DNA of 61,101 nucleotides, the filler included, from Circinaria calcarea (lineage: Eukaryota): assembly GCA_051942165.1 (NCBI GenBank). It is 9 parts of 9 records of this genome, joined end to end, with 100 filler letters (N's around TTAATTAATTAA, not from the genome) between each part and the next. Parts side by side here need not be neighbours in the genome. Positions count along the whole stretch, not along the records: positions 47,637 to 54,321 come from JAVECS010001517.1; positions 54,422 to 61,101 come from JAVECS010001518.1; 7 more parts are not named here. One strand, written 5' to 3'. The translations under genes and the position numbers were made by a program. The notes under the pieces were generated by a model. The model ran no database searches, was not told the DNA's origin, and was given only the letters and a program-made list of their open reading frames with translations. Position 1 is the stretch's first letter, and each line of letters begins with the position of its first letter. Below, one piece after another: positions 48,630 to 60,503 of the stretch.

Positions 48630-51600
48630 TTACCACCGTCTAAGAACACTTGTTTGCAAATCATCATCGATCCTCGGCAACTCATTAACCGCCCGTACAC
48701 TCTTGGGAGCCATCTTATGCAGATCCGCCATCGTGGTATCATGCGCAGCGGCAAACGCATATTTGGATCGGAGATCGATATATGCCCCGGCCAGGAGAAC
48801 AATGGTCGTATAGGTGGGCATCCGCTCCGATGGTTGCCACGCCTTCGGTAGCCTTTGTTTAAGGTCCCGCTTAACCCATAAACCGCGCTGTGAACCGATT
48901 AGTCCCCATCCAGTCCAGCCGGGCATGAGCTCTTTTTCGCAGACATGGAACGCTCTGATTCGCTGTCCGTCGCCCACTAGGGCGTGCACATAGAGATTCC
49001 ATGCTTTGTTATGTAATTCATAGCCGCAGAAGTGAAGATGATCTATGACTGACTGGATATCGTTGACACGACCCTGTGCGATCAGAGACTTCATGTAGTG
49101 TAAAAGAGGGAGGTTCAAGATACTTCGGCGCGATGGCAGTACCCATCCCGGCTCCGAGAGGTCCGCCCTGTTTGAACGACGAGCAAGGGATTCGGCTTTC
49201 TCCATTGCTAGATACCAGCACCGCTCGACTTCTTCGTGCTCCTCGGCCCTAACATGCGCTACCATGAGGGCGCATAGCATTTTGGTTGGAGGACTAACCA
49301 CCATATCTCCTTGGGCCTTTTGGGTTCCAGCAGTGTCCGAATGATTTCCCAGTTTTCTGATTGTGGTAATATACTTATCGTAAAGTTCTGCCACCTTGTG
49401 GAAGGCCCTTCGTTGCCCATAAAGAAAGATGAGGTATTCAAAATATGCCGCGGAGTATGCTTCATCAAGACGCTGATAACCTATGCCTTTGATGGGTTCT
49501 TTGGCTGCAATATCCGAGGGGTCCAGTGAATCCACGATCTGGTCCAATAGTCCCTCCGCACGCTCGAAGCTGGTAGACTCATCCCCTTTACCTTCTTTCC
49601 TCTGTTCAGATATATCTAGGAAGGAAGCTGCCTTAATAAGCAGATTCTGCGTACTGAAGGATGGGTTAACTTTTCTTCTTAGCATACGGTTGTAAAGTTG
49701 GAACACCTTGTCGTACTCCCTTGTCGCAAGCAAACCACCCATCACAACAGCGTAGTGCAATGCAGAGACGGGGATCTTCTCTCGGGGCATAACAATTCTT
49801 AGTATCTTGTAAGCAGCTAAAGGTTGGCGACTAATGCAGAGACTTTGCATCAGGGCCGCGTAGGTAATACTATCACTGTGTATGTTTGCCTCTTGCATGC
49901 GGTTGTGAAGATAACTGACTTTCTCCAGATCGTGACGCAGTGCATATGCGTTAAGTAAAGTATTCCACATACGAGTCCGCTTTCCGACCTGATTCATGGT
50001 CAATGCTTGCTCTGCGAGTCTTTCGGCTTGATCGAGCTCATCGTTATTGATGTAGGCCAACACTACCGCGTCAACCATAGGTATAGTTCTCTCGATATTC
50101 TGCTCTTCACAATGACGCAGCAAGTCCTCAATAGCTTCAATGTCACCACGGTTGGCATACATACTCATCAAGGTAGTGAGCGTGAAAGCATCGGGCTTTA
50201 AATCGCTTTCGAGAAGTTTGTTATACCAGTGTAAAGCACCTTTAACGTCGCTCACCCTAGAATGTGCCGCAATGACAATGTTCCAACAGGCAAGCGTGGG
50301 TGTGAAGCCAAAAGACGGGGTGAGTTTATTGAACATCCTGACGACTTTCCCAACCTCGCCACGTCGAAAATGCACGTACAGTAGCTGTAGATATAACTTT
50401 GGATCCGTGGGAGTTCCAAAATGACTTAGATACTCTGCAAAAAGGGAGTGGACAGCTTGATCGTTTCCTTGGAGAGCCATCTCTACTGTAATCAGACGGA
50501 AAGCTCGTTTGCTAGGGACTTTGTGGAAACGTCTATAGTCGTCAAAGACTATCAATGCGTCAAAGGTACGGGCCTCGGTCATCTTCACCAGTACGTCTTC
50601 GATCAGCTTCGGGCTTGGGATCAATCCCTCGATCTGCCGCAACTTCCGGTATAGCCTGAGGGCTGCTTTTGAGCAATCTAGCTTCTTTACCGATAGTAGC
50701 TGGGTTATGGTGATTCGGAAATACTCAACATTCGGTTCAGTCAGCGTTATAATCTTTGCAAATAGCTCCTCGTGCTTTGCAAGATCGAATGGAGTATTGT
50801 ATCTGCTGAAGGCTCGTATAATAAGCTGTGAGGCAAATTCACGTGTCTTTGCGTTGGCCGCCCATCCAGTAGCTTCGGTGTTTTCAACAGCAAGATCAGC
50901 AACCGCCAAAGCCTTGTCCATCAATAGCTCAAGGTCCATGACATCAACATCCTTCCATAAATCAGGCCGTTCAAAGTAGAGCTGCTTTTCTTGCCAGTAT
51001 CCATCCCAAGTTGCGATAGCCACCTGCCAATTGCCATGTTCAACAGCATACCGAAGCAAACTAGACGTTCCGAAGGATCCTTGCAGACGTAAAAGTGCTT
51101 CTCTGTGCAGTGCAACAGCTGTCTCAAGTTTGTTTAGGTGAAGCGCTGCTTGGATGGCGGAGTCATAGTGAACTGAGCGCCGCTTCTCGAGAGCCATGGT
51201 ACCAAAAAGCGCGAGAATACGTTGACAACGATCGACCTTTAAAATAGAACCTCTGACCCGCAGCTCCTCAAGTAAAGTCGAAAGTTCGTCTGAGGGTCCG
51301 TCTGCCGACTGCGTTTGTAGGTTCTTGTACTTCTGCCAGGCTTGGTCATATTCTCTGGTTAGGGTAGCGGACTGTGATAATGTTGAAATCCCGCTATCCA
51401 CCACTGGCTGTTCAGTGTTTTGTCGGATGCTCCCGGCGAGCGGATTTGTCCCTAGAACCTGTACCGGCAGAGAGCTGACCTGTTCCACTTGAACGGCATC
51501 CATATCCCCGACCTTTCTAATCTTCTCCTCTGAGAAAGCATCTATTGTAGGAACATCTTCGGACTCTAGATCCAGCGCAGGGTTCGGAGTTTCGGTGTAC

Positions 51601-52001
51601 TCGACATCTCTTTTATTGTCTAGCGGCGGCCCAACTGCAGCAGAGGTGTAAGGCCTTGACAGCTTTTGTGTACGGCTTCTCAGATGTGCTGAGTCTTTTG
51701 AAGCATATTTATGTAGCAAAGCCAAGGTCTTGGCCGGATAAAGAAAGTCGAGGAACCCGCCTCCAAGCAATTGGAGTGAGGCACCATCTCTGGTCCGTTC
51801 TGTAGCGTTTGTTGGCACTGTAGGGGTTTCTTGGGGAGGTTGCTGCAGTAACGACATCCACCACGAAGGTAGGTCGATGTCACCGGCCCCATGGCACCAA
51901 AAGGCGGAATGCAGAGAACGATGGCTTCGAAGTGACCTGGGAGGTGTGTGAAGAAGACGTCGTCCTCCAGTTTTGAGGCATGCTGTAGCACGCTCTAGCA
52001 T
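48630..52001 (-). CDS. cya-5: Mitochondrial PPR protein, COX1 translation factor (CYA-5/Pet309-like)
   Basis: 1123-aa ORF; MLERA..C start with LHSAFWCHGAGDIDLP; PPR repeats (CWNIVIAAHSR, MWNTLLNAYA, TYAALMQSL). Confidence 0.85.
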   Translation of the reverse strand: MLERATACLKTGGRRLLHTPPRSLRSHRSLHSAFWCHGAGDIDLPSWWMSLLQQPPQETPTVPTNATERTRDGASLQLLGGGFLDFLYPAKTLALLHKYASKDSAHLRSRTQKLSRPYTSAAVGPPLDNKRDVEYTETPNPALDLESEDVPTIDAFSEEKIRKVGDMDAVQVEQVSSLPVQVLGTNPLAGSIRQNTEQPVVDSGISTLSQSATLTREYDQAWQKYKNLQTQSADGPSDELSTLLEELRVRGSILKVDRCQRILALFGTMALEKRRSVHYDSAIQAALHLNKLETAVALHREALLRLQGSFGTSSLLRYAVEHGNWQVAIATWDGYWQEKQLYFERPDLWKDVDVMDLELLMDKALAVADLAVENTEATGWAANAKTREFASQLIIRAFSRYNTPFDLAKHEELFAKIITLTEPNVEYFRITITQLLSVKKLDCSKAALRLYRKLRQIEGLIPSPKLIEDVLVKMTEARTFDALIVFDDYRRFHKVPSKRAFRLITVEMALQGNDQAVHSLFAEYLSHFGTPTDPKLYLQLLYVHFRRGEVGKVVRMFNKLTPSFGFTPTLACWNIVIAAHSRVSDVKGALHWYNKLLESDLKPDAFTLTTLMSMYANRGDIEAIEDLLRHCEEQNIERTIPMVDAVVLAYINNDELDQAERLAEQALTMNQVGKRTRMWNTLLNAYALRHDLEKVSYLHNRMQEANIHSDSITYAALMQSLCISRQPLAAYKILRIVMPREKIPVSALHYAVVMGGLLATREYDKVFQLYNRMLRRKVNPSFSTQNLLIKAASFLDISEQRKEGKGDESTSFERAEGLLDQIVDSLDPSDIAAKEPIKGIGYQRLDEAYSAAYFEYLIFLYGQRRAFHKVAELYDKYITTIRKLGNHSDTAGTQKAQGDMVVSPPTKMLCALMVAHVRAEEHEEVERCWYLAMEKAESLARRSNRADLSEPGWVLPSRRSILNLPLLHYMKSLIAQGRVNDIQSVIDHLHFCGYELHNKAWNLYVHALVGDGQRIRAFHVCEKELMPGWTGWGLIGSQRGLWVKRDLKQRLPKAWQPSERMPTYTTIVLLAGAYIDLRSKYAFAAAHDTTMADLHKMAPKSVRAVNELPRIDDDLQTSVLRRW

Positions 52002-52432
52002 GCCCAGGCAAGCCTTTATTATACGGTGATTGACAGCAAAAGAGACAAATTGGGTACATGTACTGGCATTGATGGCAAAATCTCAGCGCCGCGGTATCAT
52101 ACTGAGGGTTGGCCGGTGACGCTGTCTTATGTATAGGCAAATGTACGCGTGGTTTACTCCTCCAACCCAAGTGTTGACCATGCAGTACAAAGAGGAAGAA
52201 ATAACGGTGGCAATGTATGATATTGAGGACGGTATTTCCCTTTTTCAGGTCGTCATGAAGTCAAGTCAATCACTAGAATAAGTTAGCGCAGCCTCTTGCG
52301 GAAAAACCTCACGGCGATACCATACTGGTATACCATCAGCCACCAACTGTGAAGGCACAACCCCCTCCCGCCATGGATATACCATAGTAGGACCGAGGGA
52401 AACTGTCTTTACCACGCTTTGCTTAGAGAAAC

Positions 52433-54321
52433 ATGGATTTGACCGACTTTATTGTCACACGGCGAAATGAAGCCTTACTCGTCGGCGACTATGGTCTGTA
52501 CAGAAAGCAGTTGTCCCGACGCCTACTTACGGTCCGTCGTAAGCTTGGGCGTACCTCGCCGAAGGGTCGAAAATACACCGCAAAAGCCCCCATTACCGCA
52601 GAAGACATAGCAAGTAATGAAGAGTTGGTTCAAGTGGTGCCATCTGTCTAGCAAGAACTAATTGGAACTCTAGGTTCATCCACCTATTGGTCCTCACCTC
52701 GGAACGTGCCTGGGCCCATGCCATGCACATGAAATCAATGCATTCCGCCGACTCCTCGGCAAAGGCAATCTCTGGGTCTACCAGGAAGCATATCATCTCT
52801 CGATTGAATAAAGCGGCGGGGATAGCCACTGAGCTTGTGGACCTCCTCAAGGCAAATGACGGCGTGACTGCTAGACCTCGTACAGTGCTTGAAGCCTGGG
52901 CCTATCAGTCTTTGCTCCGGGGTGTCCTCGAGTTCGAATCGCAGAAATGGGAAAATTGTCTTCGAGCATATTCAGAGGCATACACAATCTACACTTCCTT
53001 TGCCAAGTCCACAAGCGGAAGCCAGGGCGATGGCTCTCGCGACCTCCTATCCAGTACTATTGAACCGAGTATACGCTATGCTGCTTACCAGCTACGCCTT
53101 CCTCGGACCATGTCAATTGATAGTATCATAACCCGCTTCCCATCGCAAAAAGCTGGTGAGATTCGTGAGCTGCTGAGAAACGACCCTTCCAATCTTTCTG
53201 AGAGCAACTTGGAATCGAAGGAGATAACAGGCAACGATGCAAAAGATCTTCCAAAAACTATTACATGGAGGTCGCGGACTGTGAAGATTGAGGATGCAAG
53301 GATAGCTCAAGCACTTGCTACTGTCTCCGCCGCCGAAGAGCGATTGGCCACATTACTGTCGTCCGCTAAGGATATGGCCTTGAAGGAGAAGGCGGCTGCT
53401 TATGACGAAGTTCTCATTCCAAGCCAGGATGCCGTGGACGCTACTAAGACCGCGATTGACGAGCTTACTTCCGATGGTGTAGCTCAGAGTGATCAGCGGA
53501 TGCAAGCCTTACATATTACTAGAACGGCGGTCAACTATGCCTTGGTTGGTTGGAGAATAGGGAGGAATCGAGTACTATGTGGTAAAGAGGACGGTGCAGG
53601 CATTGAAAGTGAGATGAACAAGCCGTTGAGAAAGCGAAAGAGAGATGCAGTAGACAAGACATTTAAGGAGGAAAGCAATGCGAGGAAACTCACCCGCTTA
53701 CGAGAGCGGGTAGTCTTGTATGACACAACACTGCAAAGTCTTGAATCTATCAAGGAGCTCCCGGGTGTTGCAGCGGATCAGATTCTGATGGTGGAGTTGG
53801 ACATGAAGCGATCTTATTTCGCGGCCTTAAGGTGAATGCAATTTTTCTTACTTTTGCTTCATTCTCTGACTCTCGAAGGTGTCTTTCCATTGCTCGTTCC
53901 CACGCTTTACTTGGCAATACGAAAAACGCCCTGGCTTTATTTGCTAGAGCCTCCGATCATTTCTCGCGCGCTAATTCAAGCCGACCACATCCATCAACCA
54001 GCGCAGACAAGCCGCCCAACCTTGACGTAACACAAGAACAACTCGAGTCTTTACATAAGCTCCTTCAAGGACTCCTCATTCAACATCGGGCTCTGGTCGA
54101 GTTGTATAGCTTGAGCTCGGATACTGCAAAAGCCGCACAGGCCAAGGAGAACGGGTATATACCACTTATTGAGAGACTCGACGAGTACCCCCCCAATGGC
54201 GCCGATCTTACCAAACTCGTCCTCTATCCACCAACACTGAGGTCCATTCCGGTCAAGCCACTCTTTCTGGATATTGCGTGGAACTATATCGAGTACCCGG
54301 GTCGTGGCAGAGAGACACGAG
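52433..54321 (+). CDS. SRP68: Signal recognition particle subunit SRP68 (3 visible exons, 3' end cut)
   Basis: GDYGLYRKQLSRRL, SERAWAHAM, EPSIRYAAYQ, ITWRSR and PVKPLFLDIAWNYIEYP motifs. Confidence 0.93.
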
Positions 54322-54421
54322 NNNNNNNNNNNNNNNNNNNNNNNNNNNNNNNNNNNNNNNNNNNNTTAATTAATTAANNNNNNNNNNNNNNNNNNNNNNN
54401 NNNNNNNNNNNNNNNNNNNNN
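54322..54421. other. Artificial contig linker
   Basis: N-run with central TTAATTAATTAA. Confidence 0.98.
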
Positions 54422-55265
54422 TAATATCCTTAACTTCATTAACACTTCCAATCCTGACGTATCAGGATCGTTCAGCTTCTTAATTCAAGAACTTCAAGCC
54501 GCAGAAGATGCAGGCGAACGTGTGTGGATCTTAGGCCACGTTCTGAGCGGTTGGGACGGTTCCAACCCTCTCAACAACCCTACGGACCTTTTCTATCAAA
54601 TAGTCGATCGCTATTCACCTCACGTTATTGCCAACATCTTTTTCGGTCACACGCATGAAGATCAAGTTATGATCTATTACGCCAATAATGGAACCCTCAG
54701 GACTTCTGCAAATGCTCTGACCATTGGTTGGATTGGCCCCAGCGTAACGCCTTTGACGAATCTCAACAGTGGCTTCCGCCTGTATGAGGTTGACACGGGG
54801 TCCTTTGATGTTTACGAAAGCTATACTTTCTATGCGGACGTCAGTTCATTTAGTGCAATCAATACCTCAGATAGTGGACCCACCTATCAGTTTGAGTATT
54901 CAACCCGTGATGCATACAACGTCGGCTGGCCAGCAGCATCTCCGCTAAACGCAACGTACTGGCACGCCGTGACTGTGGCGATGGAAAGCAACAGAACTAT
55001 GGTGGAGACCTTCAATATGTATCAAGGAAAGAGTAGTATCTTGAGCCCCAACTGCAGTAGCAACGCTTGTGCGCAGGCCAAGGTATGCTATATGAGGAGT
55101 GGTAGTGCACCGTTAGGGAAGCAGTGTCCTCAAGGGTTAGTGGTCTCTTACCATACTCCTTTCTGCGGCTTCTCGGTATGTCTGAATGAGCAGCGAAGAC
55201 TAATGTCAAATTGATAATCTAGATTTGCTTCTGTACAGTCCCCTTATAAGGGAAAGAACTTCTAA
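54422..55265 (+). CDS. Acid sphingomyelinase-like metallophosphoesterase, 3' part
   Basis: ELQAAEDAGERVWILGHV, FFGHTHED, GPSVTPLTNLNSGFRLY, CYMRSGS; last exon FASVQSPYKGKNF*. Confidence 0.9.
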
Positions 55266-56862
55266 GATCTCAACAAAGGGCCCACAAACCAACGTGCAGT
55301 TGAAAAAGCTGCTTCTCGGGCATTACCCAGGGAGTATATGTAAGGTAGCGTTGGTATTATTCTCACAGGATTGACATGTGCTGTCAACAAACCTTTATCA
55401 CTGTAGTGGATGAATCAATTGAAAACAATTTACATGGAGATTTGGTGTATGTTTGAAGCTCCAGCTCTAGCTGGGGCAACGACATTGAAACTCATCTCAT
55501 TTACATGTGCTCACCCTACAGTTTGAAGTAAGAAATAAGATAGTCCAGCCAGACATATGTTTGAGCCTTGACAGTATTTGCCGGAATATACCTTTCCATG
55601 AATGATTACTAAACTACCTCACCAATTCCACATGATGCCTCACCGCATCTTGTTTCAATCCAACTCCGTATGCTTCTCCGTCCTATCTGATGGGCTTATC
55701 GGCTCATATGGTCACTGAGAGTTAGTCTCTCGACTAACGTACTTCAACGCTCATGTTCGCCATTCGGACGATACTCAGCTTCGTCATTTTCTGAACTGCG
55801 ACTCATTTCCCTTAGTCTCCTGGAGTAAGTCCCTCGACTGCTCTAAATCTCAACCCCATAATATGTTTGCCATGGACGTTTGCCTTCGGACACAGTATCG
55901 GCTTTTCACACAGTCAATGCTCCTAGTGACTTTAAGGACCGCCGTTGGGCATCCTCTTATCTCATCGCTCGTCAAAGTTTAACCGGTTGCATCGATTCCA
56001 GACCTCAAGCTTCAGCTTTACTGCCTGTTTGGGCGTGGCCCGTAGCATCTCAGCTTAGAGCGTCACCGATGGGAGGCAAAATCTATTTGACTGGCCCATT
56101 GAACCAAAACTTTGGCCCGTGAGTGGCCCGCAAGAGCTGATGCAGGACAATTGCGGGTTATGGGCTTTAAGAAGACAAATTAGTTGTGGTCTTTACGTTT
56201 ACCACTTGAGGTTATACACGTATTTCACTGTCTATTTACCGTGAGTCATGGTAGTCTTCGAGATGGCCTGGACCTCTGTGCTCTCCTTTTCTTTGTGTGG
56301 AGACCCTACCCGGTAGTCTATTCCACCCCTACGCCATTAGCTTCGTACAACTCCCCTCTTCAGTGTGCTACCGGCCCGAAACCCGAAACGTCATCAGTCT
56401 ATGGCTAAGTCCCTCAGGGCCAAAATACAACATCTCACTGGCCTTTGCAGCTTCCGGCCAGAAGTGGCATGTGTGCATTCAGATGCGATTACCTCCGAGG
56501 TAGCCTCTGGGCTTCTTATTTTCTCCTCAATCTCTTTGGAGATCCAGCCTTTCTCCTGGATTGGGTTCGTCGTGTCAATGTGCAGATTTTGCATTCTCAA
56601 CGTCATCATTTAGGCAGTCGAGGCCTCAGAACAATCATCCTAAGTTCGGCTGAGCATAATCTTGCAGAACCATCATGACTTCTGGGAACCACCATTCAGG
56701 CGCACGAGTGTAGCCTATTAGACCCTCAGAATCACCACTTTTTAAGTTCGTTTAGAACCTCCGCAAATGGATGCAAACGGCCTGGCTAAACTCTTCGTCT
56801 ATCGCTTTCTTCGGCTCGTCTAAACTTCCTGTAAGGAAACTTTCGCCTAACCTGACTATTCA

Positions 56863-57879
56863 ATGGCGATCTTCAACAAAGTAGTTCCACCTATTATCAT
56901 CTGCAATCCCGACCACAGTTCAGTCAAGCCAACTCTTCGAAGCTGCCTGGTGGTCAAAGGCAATCCGTGCCTTCTTTGCCAACCTCGATCATACGTGGAA
57001 AGCCCATACTTCAATTCTGCGTCCGTCAAACTGTGCCACAGTGATTGGGAACGTATACATGAATGGCCGAAAGATGAACCACGAGTACCTTTATCATAAA
57101 TATCTAGGGGATATTGCGAATGACAAATTCGGCAATCCTCGAGGATCTCCATACTATGCGACGACACCTCGTTAAGGATGTTTGTAGGATTTTTGTCTAA
57201 TTTCCCGGAACCCTGGACATGAATCTAAGGAGCTGTACAGCTGTCTCGAAAATTGCAAATATAAAATTGTTTAGGATGGGCGGCGAATCTGCTTGGAGAT
57301 TTTGAAAACTGAAAATCGAGAGTATGATATAAATGTTGCTCCTTCCTGCCATTCCATGTTCACTGCTCATATGCTGAAGGACTACGATTTCCTGTCAATA
57401 TCCGGAAGGGGCAGTTCATTGACACATACCGAAGGGAGAAAATGACTGACGCAGAAGCGACGATTCGTGAGAACTGGGCAAATCGAGGGAAAGATTCCTA
57501 CCTTTATAGTCTTGATAAGTCCCGTGGTGAAGAAGGCAACCATGCCTTTATACCAGATGAGGATCTGTACATTGTCGATGGAGAGTTCATTAGAGGGCCT
57601 ATAAGATTTCTAAACCATTCTTCCAACCTAAACTGCCGGCATTTTACCGTATCGCTCCACCATGATGAGAACCCAGTGTATACGCTGCCTTTCTTTTGCC
57701 CTAGAAGACATCCGGGCAGGTACTGAGCTCACCTCAACTATACCTATGATAAAGACAGCCCAGTCAGCGACGAAGAGGCGAGGAGGCTGACCAAAGAGAA
57801 AGACCACGAACCAGCTAGATGTCTATGTGGCGAACGGAACTGCAGAAGGTATCTATCCGTCTGTCTTGAAAGAAGGTAA
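56863..57879 (+). pseudogene. Decayed DIM-5/Clr4-like H3K9 methyltransferase (pre-SET, SET, post-SET); 5' boundary approximate
   Basis: GRRICLEILKTENR, GQFIDTY, DSYLYSLDK, RFLNHS, ALEDIRAGTELT, CLCGERNCRRYL; stops at 57173, 57185, 57272 and two frameshifts near 57695 and 57734. Confidence 0.85.
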
Positions 57880-59996
57880 AATATTTTTGCCCTGCTTACA
57901 GCTGTCCTTCGGAATACAAGGCTTATACGTATCGAGTGTAGATGGAAATGGCTCCATTAAGATCCGCACCTTTACGAGTTGTTATTTATGTGCTGGCAGT
58001 AAGCAGGTGAGACTTTTTATTGGCACGGCACACATAACTGACTTGTACGACAGCTTCTAGACTGTCACGACGGATTTAGCCTCTTGACCGTCGAGTAGAT
58101 AGCCTGGGAAACATGACCCTTGCTCTCATGGATCTCATTAGCTGGGTAACATCGCCAGGGTTCATGCAAACAGTGTCTGAAGAGATTCATCGCCTGTACA
58201 GCCATCTGCAAGGTGTTCCCAAAGCTCTCCTCGACATCTTTAACTTCCAAAGCCGTTAATTCATATGTTAAAGATACCACTCATTCTTTACCACGTGGGT
58301 CCGTTGCTAGCAATCAGTCGCCCGGATAACCCCTTGCAACCATCCTTAGGAAACACATACTCATACTACAGGGACTCTTGGAGGAAACAGAGAAGGTACT
58401 ACGTCAAAGGTTGCATGGAAGGAATATGAGCCAGCAGAAACCGGGCACCACAAGTCTATCTGGAGAGGCTATGAGGGAGATACCCGTCCTGTTTGAACCA
58501 TTAAACGACGCCGGTCTATGCTCATTATACTAGTAAAACGTATGCACCAGGTACATAGGCGATCAATGTTATTCATTGTTGAACATGCAATAATGTGTGG
58601 TGGCATTTATGCTATGTCCGAGTATGGAATTGACTATGCAGCGAGAAAAAATTCTTTTATGATGTGTGTGGAAGTGTTGAGCATAGACCTCCGATGTAAC
58701 TCGTGCCTCAGTAAGCCCTGTGACTTCCAACATTCACCTGGTCAATTTTATGGTTACATACTCACTTTCGAGGTGCTCATAACCTTATTCTTGTCTTCCG
58801 CTACGCACTAAATTACAAGTACTTTCAGTTTAACATCAAGTAGTACTAATACCCTTTATAGGTTCGCTGTAAGCTAGATGATTCTATAAGAACACCTATA
58901 TCGAGAAATAACGAAAACATTAGCATATCATTGCCGATATCCTCTCGCTTTTCTCTTTATACACAGAAACAACGGCATATCTAGAATTCGTTTCACAAGT
59001 CCAATATTCCTAATGGAAAAAGCATAACAGGTCAAGCCAGGGCGCAATATCATGTATTAAGCTTCATCTACCGCTCAGAAAATCAACAGTCAAACTACCA
59101 CCGTAATAAATAAATTGGTTTAGGCGTGTAATAAGCGTCTTATCCCTGGATATCGAAACAACCGAAATGACCATAGATGTGGTAGCCACAAAGCCAGAGT
59201 TAATACTTGCTTAATATTTTGCCATCGTCGATTTGACACCCCCGTGTCTAAGGGGGGTTCGTCAAGCTTTCCCGGAGGGGGGGTGTCGTCCGGTATTTAA
59301 TTTTCGCCCGGGTATATAGTAAAACTAGGCGCATTCCCCTCTGAGCCAGGAGGTGCATTATAGAGAGGGCGCTACGTCGTCAATAGACTGCACGACGGGA
59401 ATGTGTGTACAGGTAAGGACTACTGAAATACTATGTAGATACTATGAAATACTATGTATATGTGATGTATGTGTAAAAGTGCAATGTGTGTGTGAGAGAA
59501 TACTCGGGGGGATCGCTGAGATGTGGAGCGAAAGGCACGTTCAACTAGCGCTGTTATCCCTCTTCATGTGCTCTAATCATGGCCATTTCGGCAAAGCAAG
59601 AAAAGGAGGGGGGTTAAGAGTCAGAAGACATTCCACGATCGATCGCATATTAATGGCTCAATCGAAATACTGTACGACCATATCTCTTTAGATCTTGTGT
59701 TCTTGAGTTCTTCAACCCAGCCTTTACACTGCCGGCTTATCATGTCAGTGTCGTATTCCGCGATCGATCGCATACGAGTGGCCCAATCGAAATGCTCTAC
59801 AATCACATCTTTTTTTAATCCCGTGGTCCTCCACGTGATCTTATACTGCTGGCTGATCATGCCAGCAATACTTAACCACCTGTTCGGAAATCTCATCCTC
59901 CCCAATAGCTTTTTACTTTTCAGAATACTTCTTTAGCAATCAAACCCATCCTAGCCATATTATCCTTCAGATACTTGATTTAGTACTGTCCCAGCA

Positions 59997-60503
59997 ATGC
60001 CCGAGACCATTATTCAATCCTCCGGCGATGCTGCTTTAGAAGATGTCATCAACCGTGTAACTTACCAGAACACATTCCAATGGACATTCACGGAATGGAC
60101 GAGAAATGAACAACATATGTGGAATGGGAAGGTAATATCAGTTTCCTCTTCTATATATTGTATATTGCTACAGACCCCAAAAAGACTAGTATGAACGTAG
60201 GCTGACCTCTCCGGGCGACACGAGTAGCCCATATTCACCGGGATGAGAGGCTGTCGCTATCACCCTAAGAAAGGCTGGCAGAACTTCACCATCCGCCACG
60301 ACTACGATTACGCTGGCGGCTTGCAACAACAGGGAGGGAAAGGCTACCATGTCAACGTGGAGCTGCCGGATGAAAAGCTTGCCTACGTCACCTATCACGA
60401 ACTCAAGTACGCAGAAGACTGTTGGGACCACTTGTCCCAGCGGATTACAAACGATGGCCAGCAACAGGCAGCGCAATGGTTTATGAAAAGCCAAAAGGCT
60501 TAA
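59997..60503 (+). CDS. Hypothetical 136-aa protein; exons 59997-60131, 60228-60503
   Basis: GTAATA donor, GCTGAC branch site (60201) and TAG acceptor (60225-60227) join two ORFs in frame. Confidence 0.65.

Noticed and set aside
59236..59400. GACACCCCC/GGGGGTGTC inverted repeat and possible PPT plus LTR start
   Set aside because: No second copy, clear terminus or TSD visible in the window.
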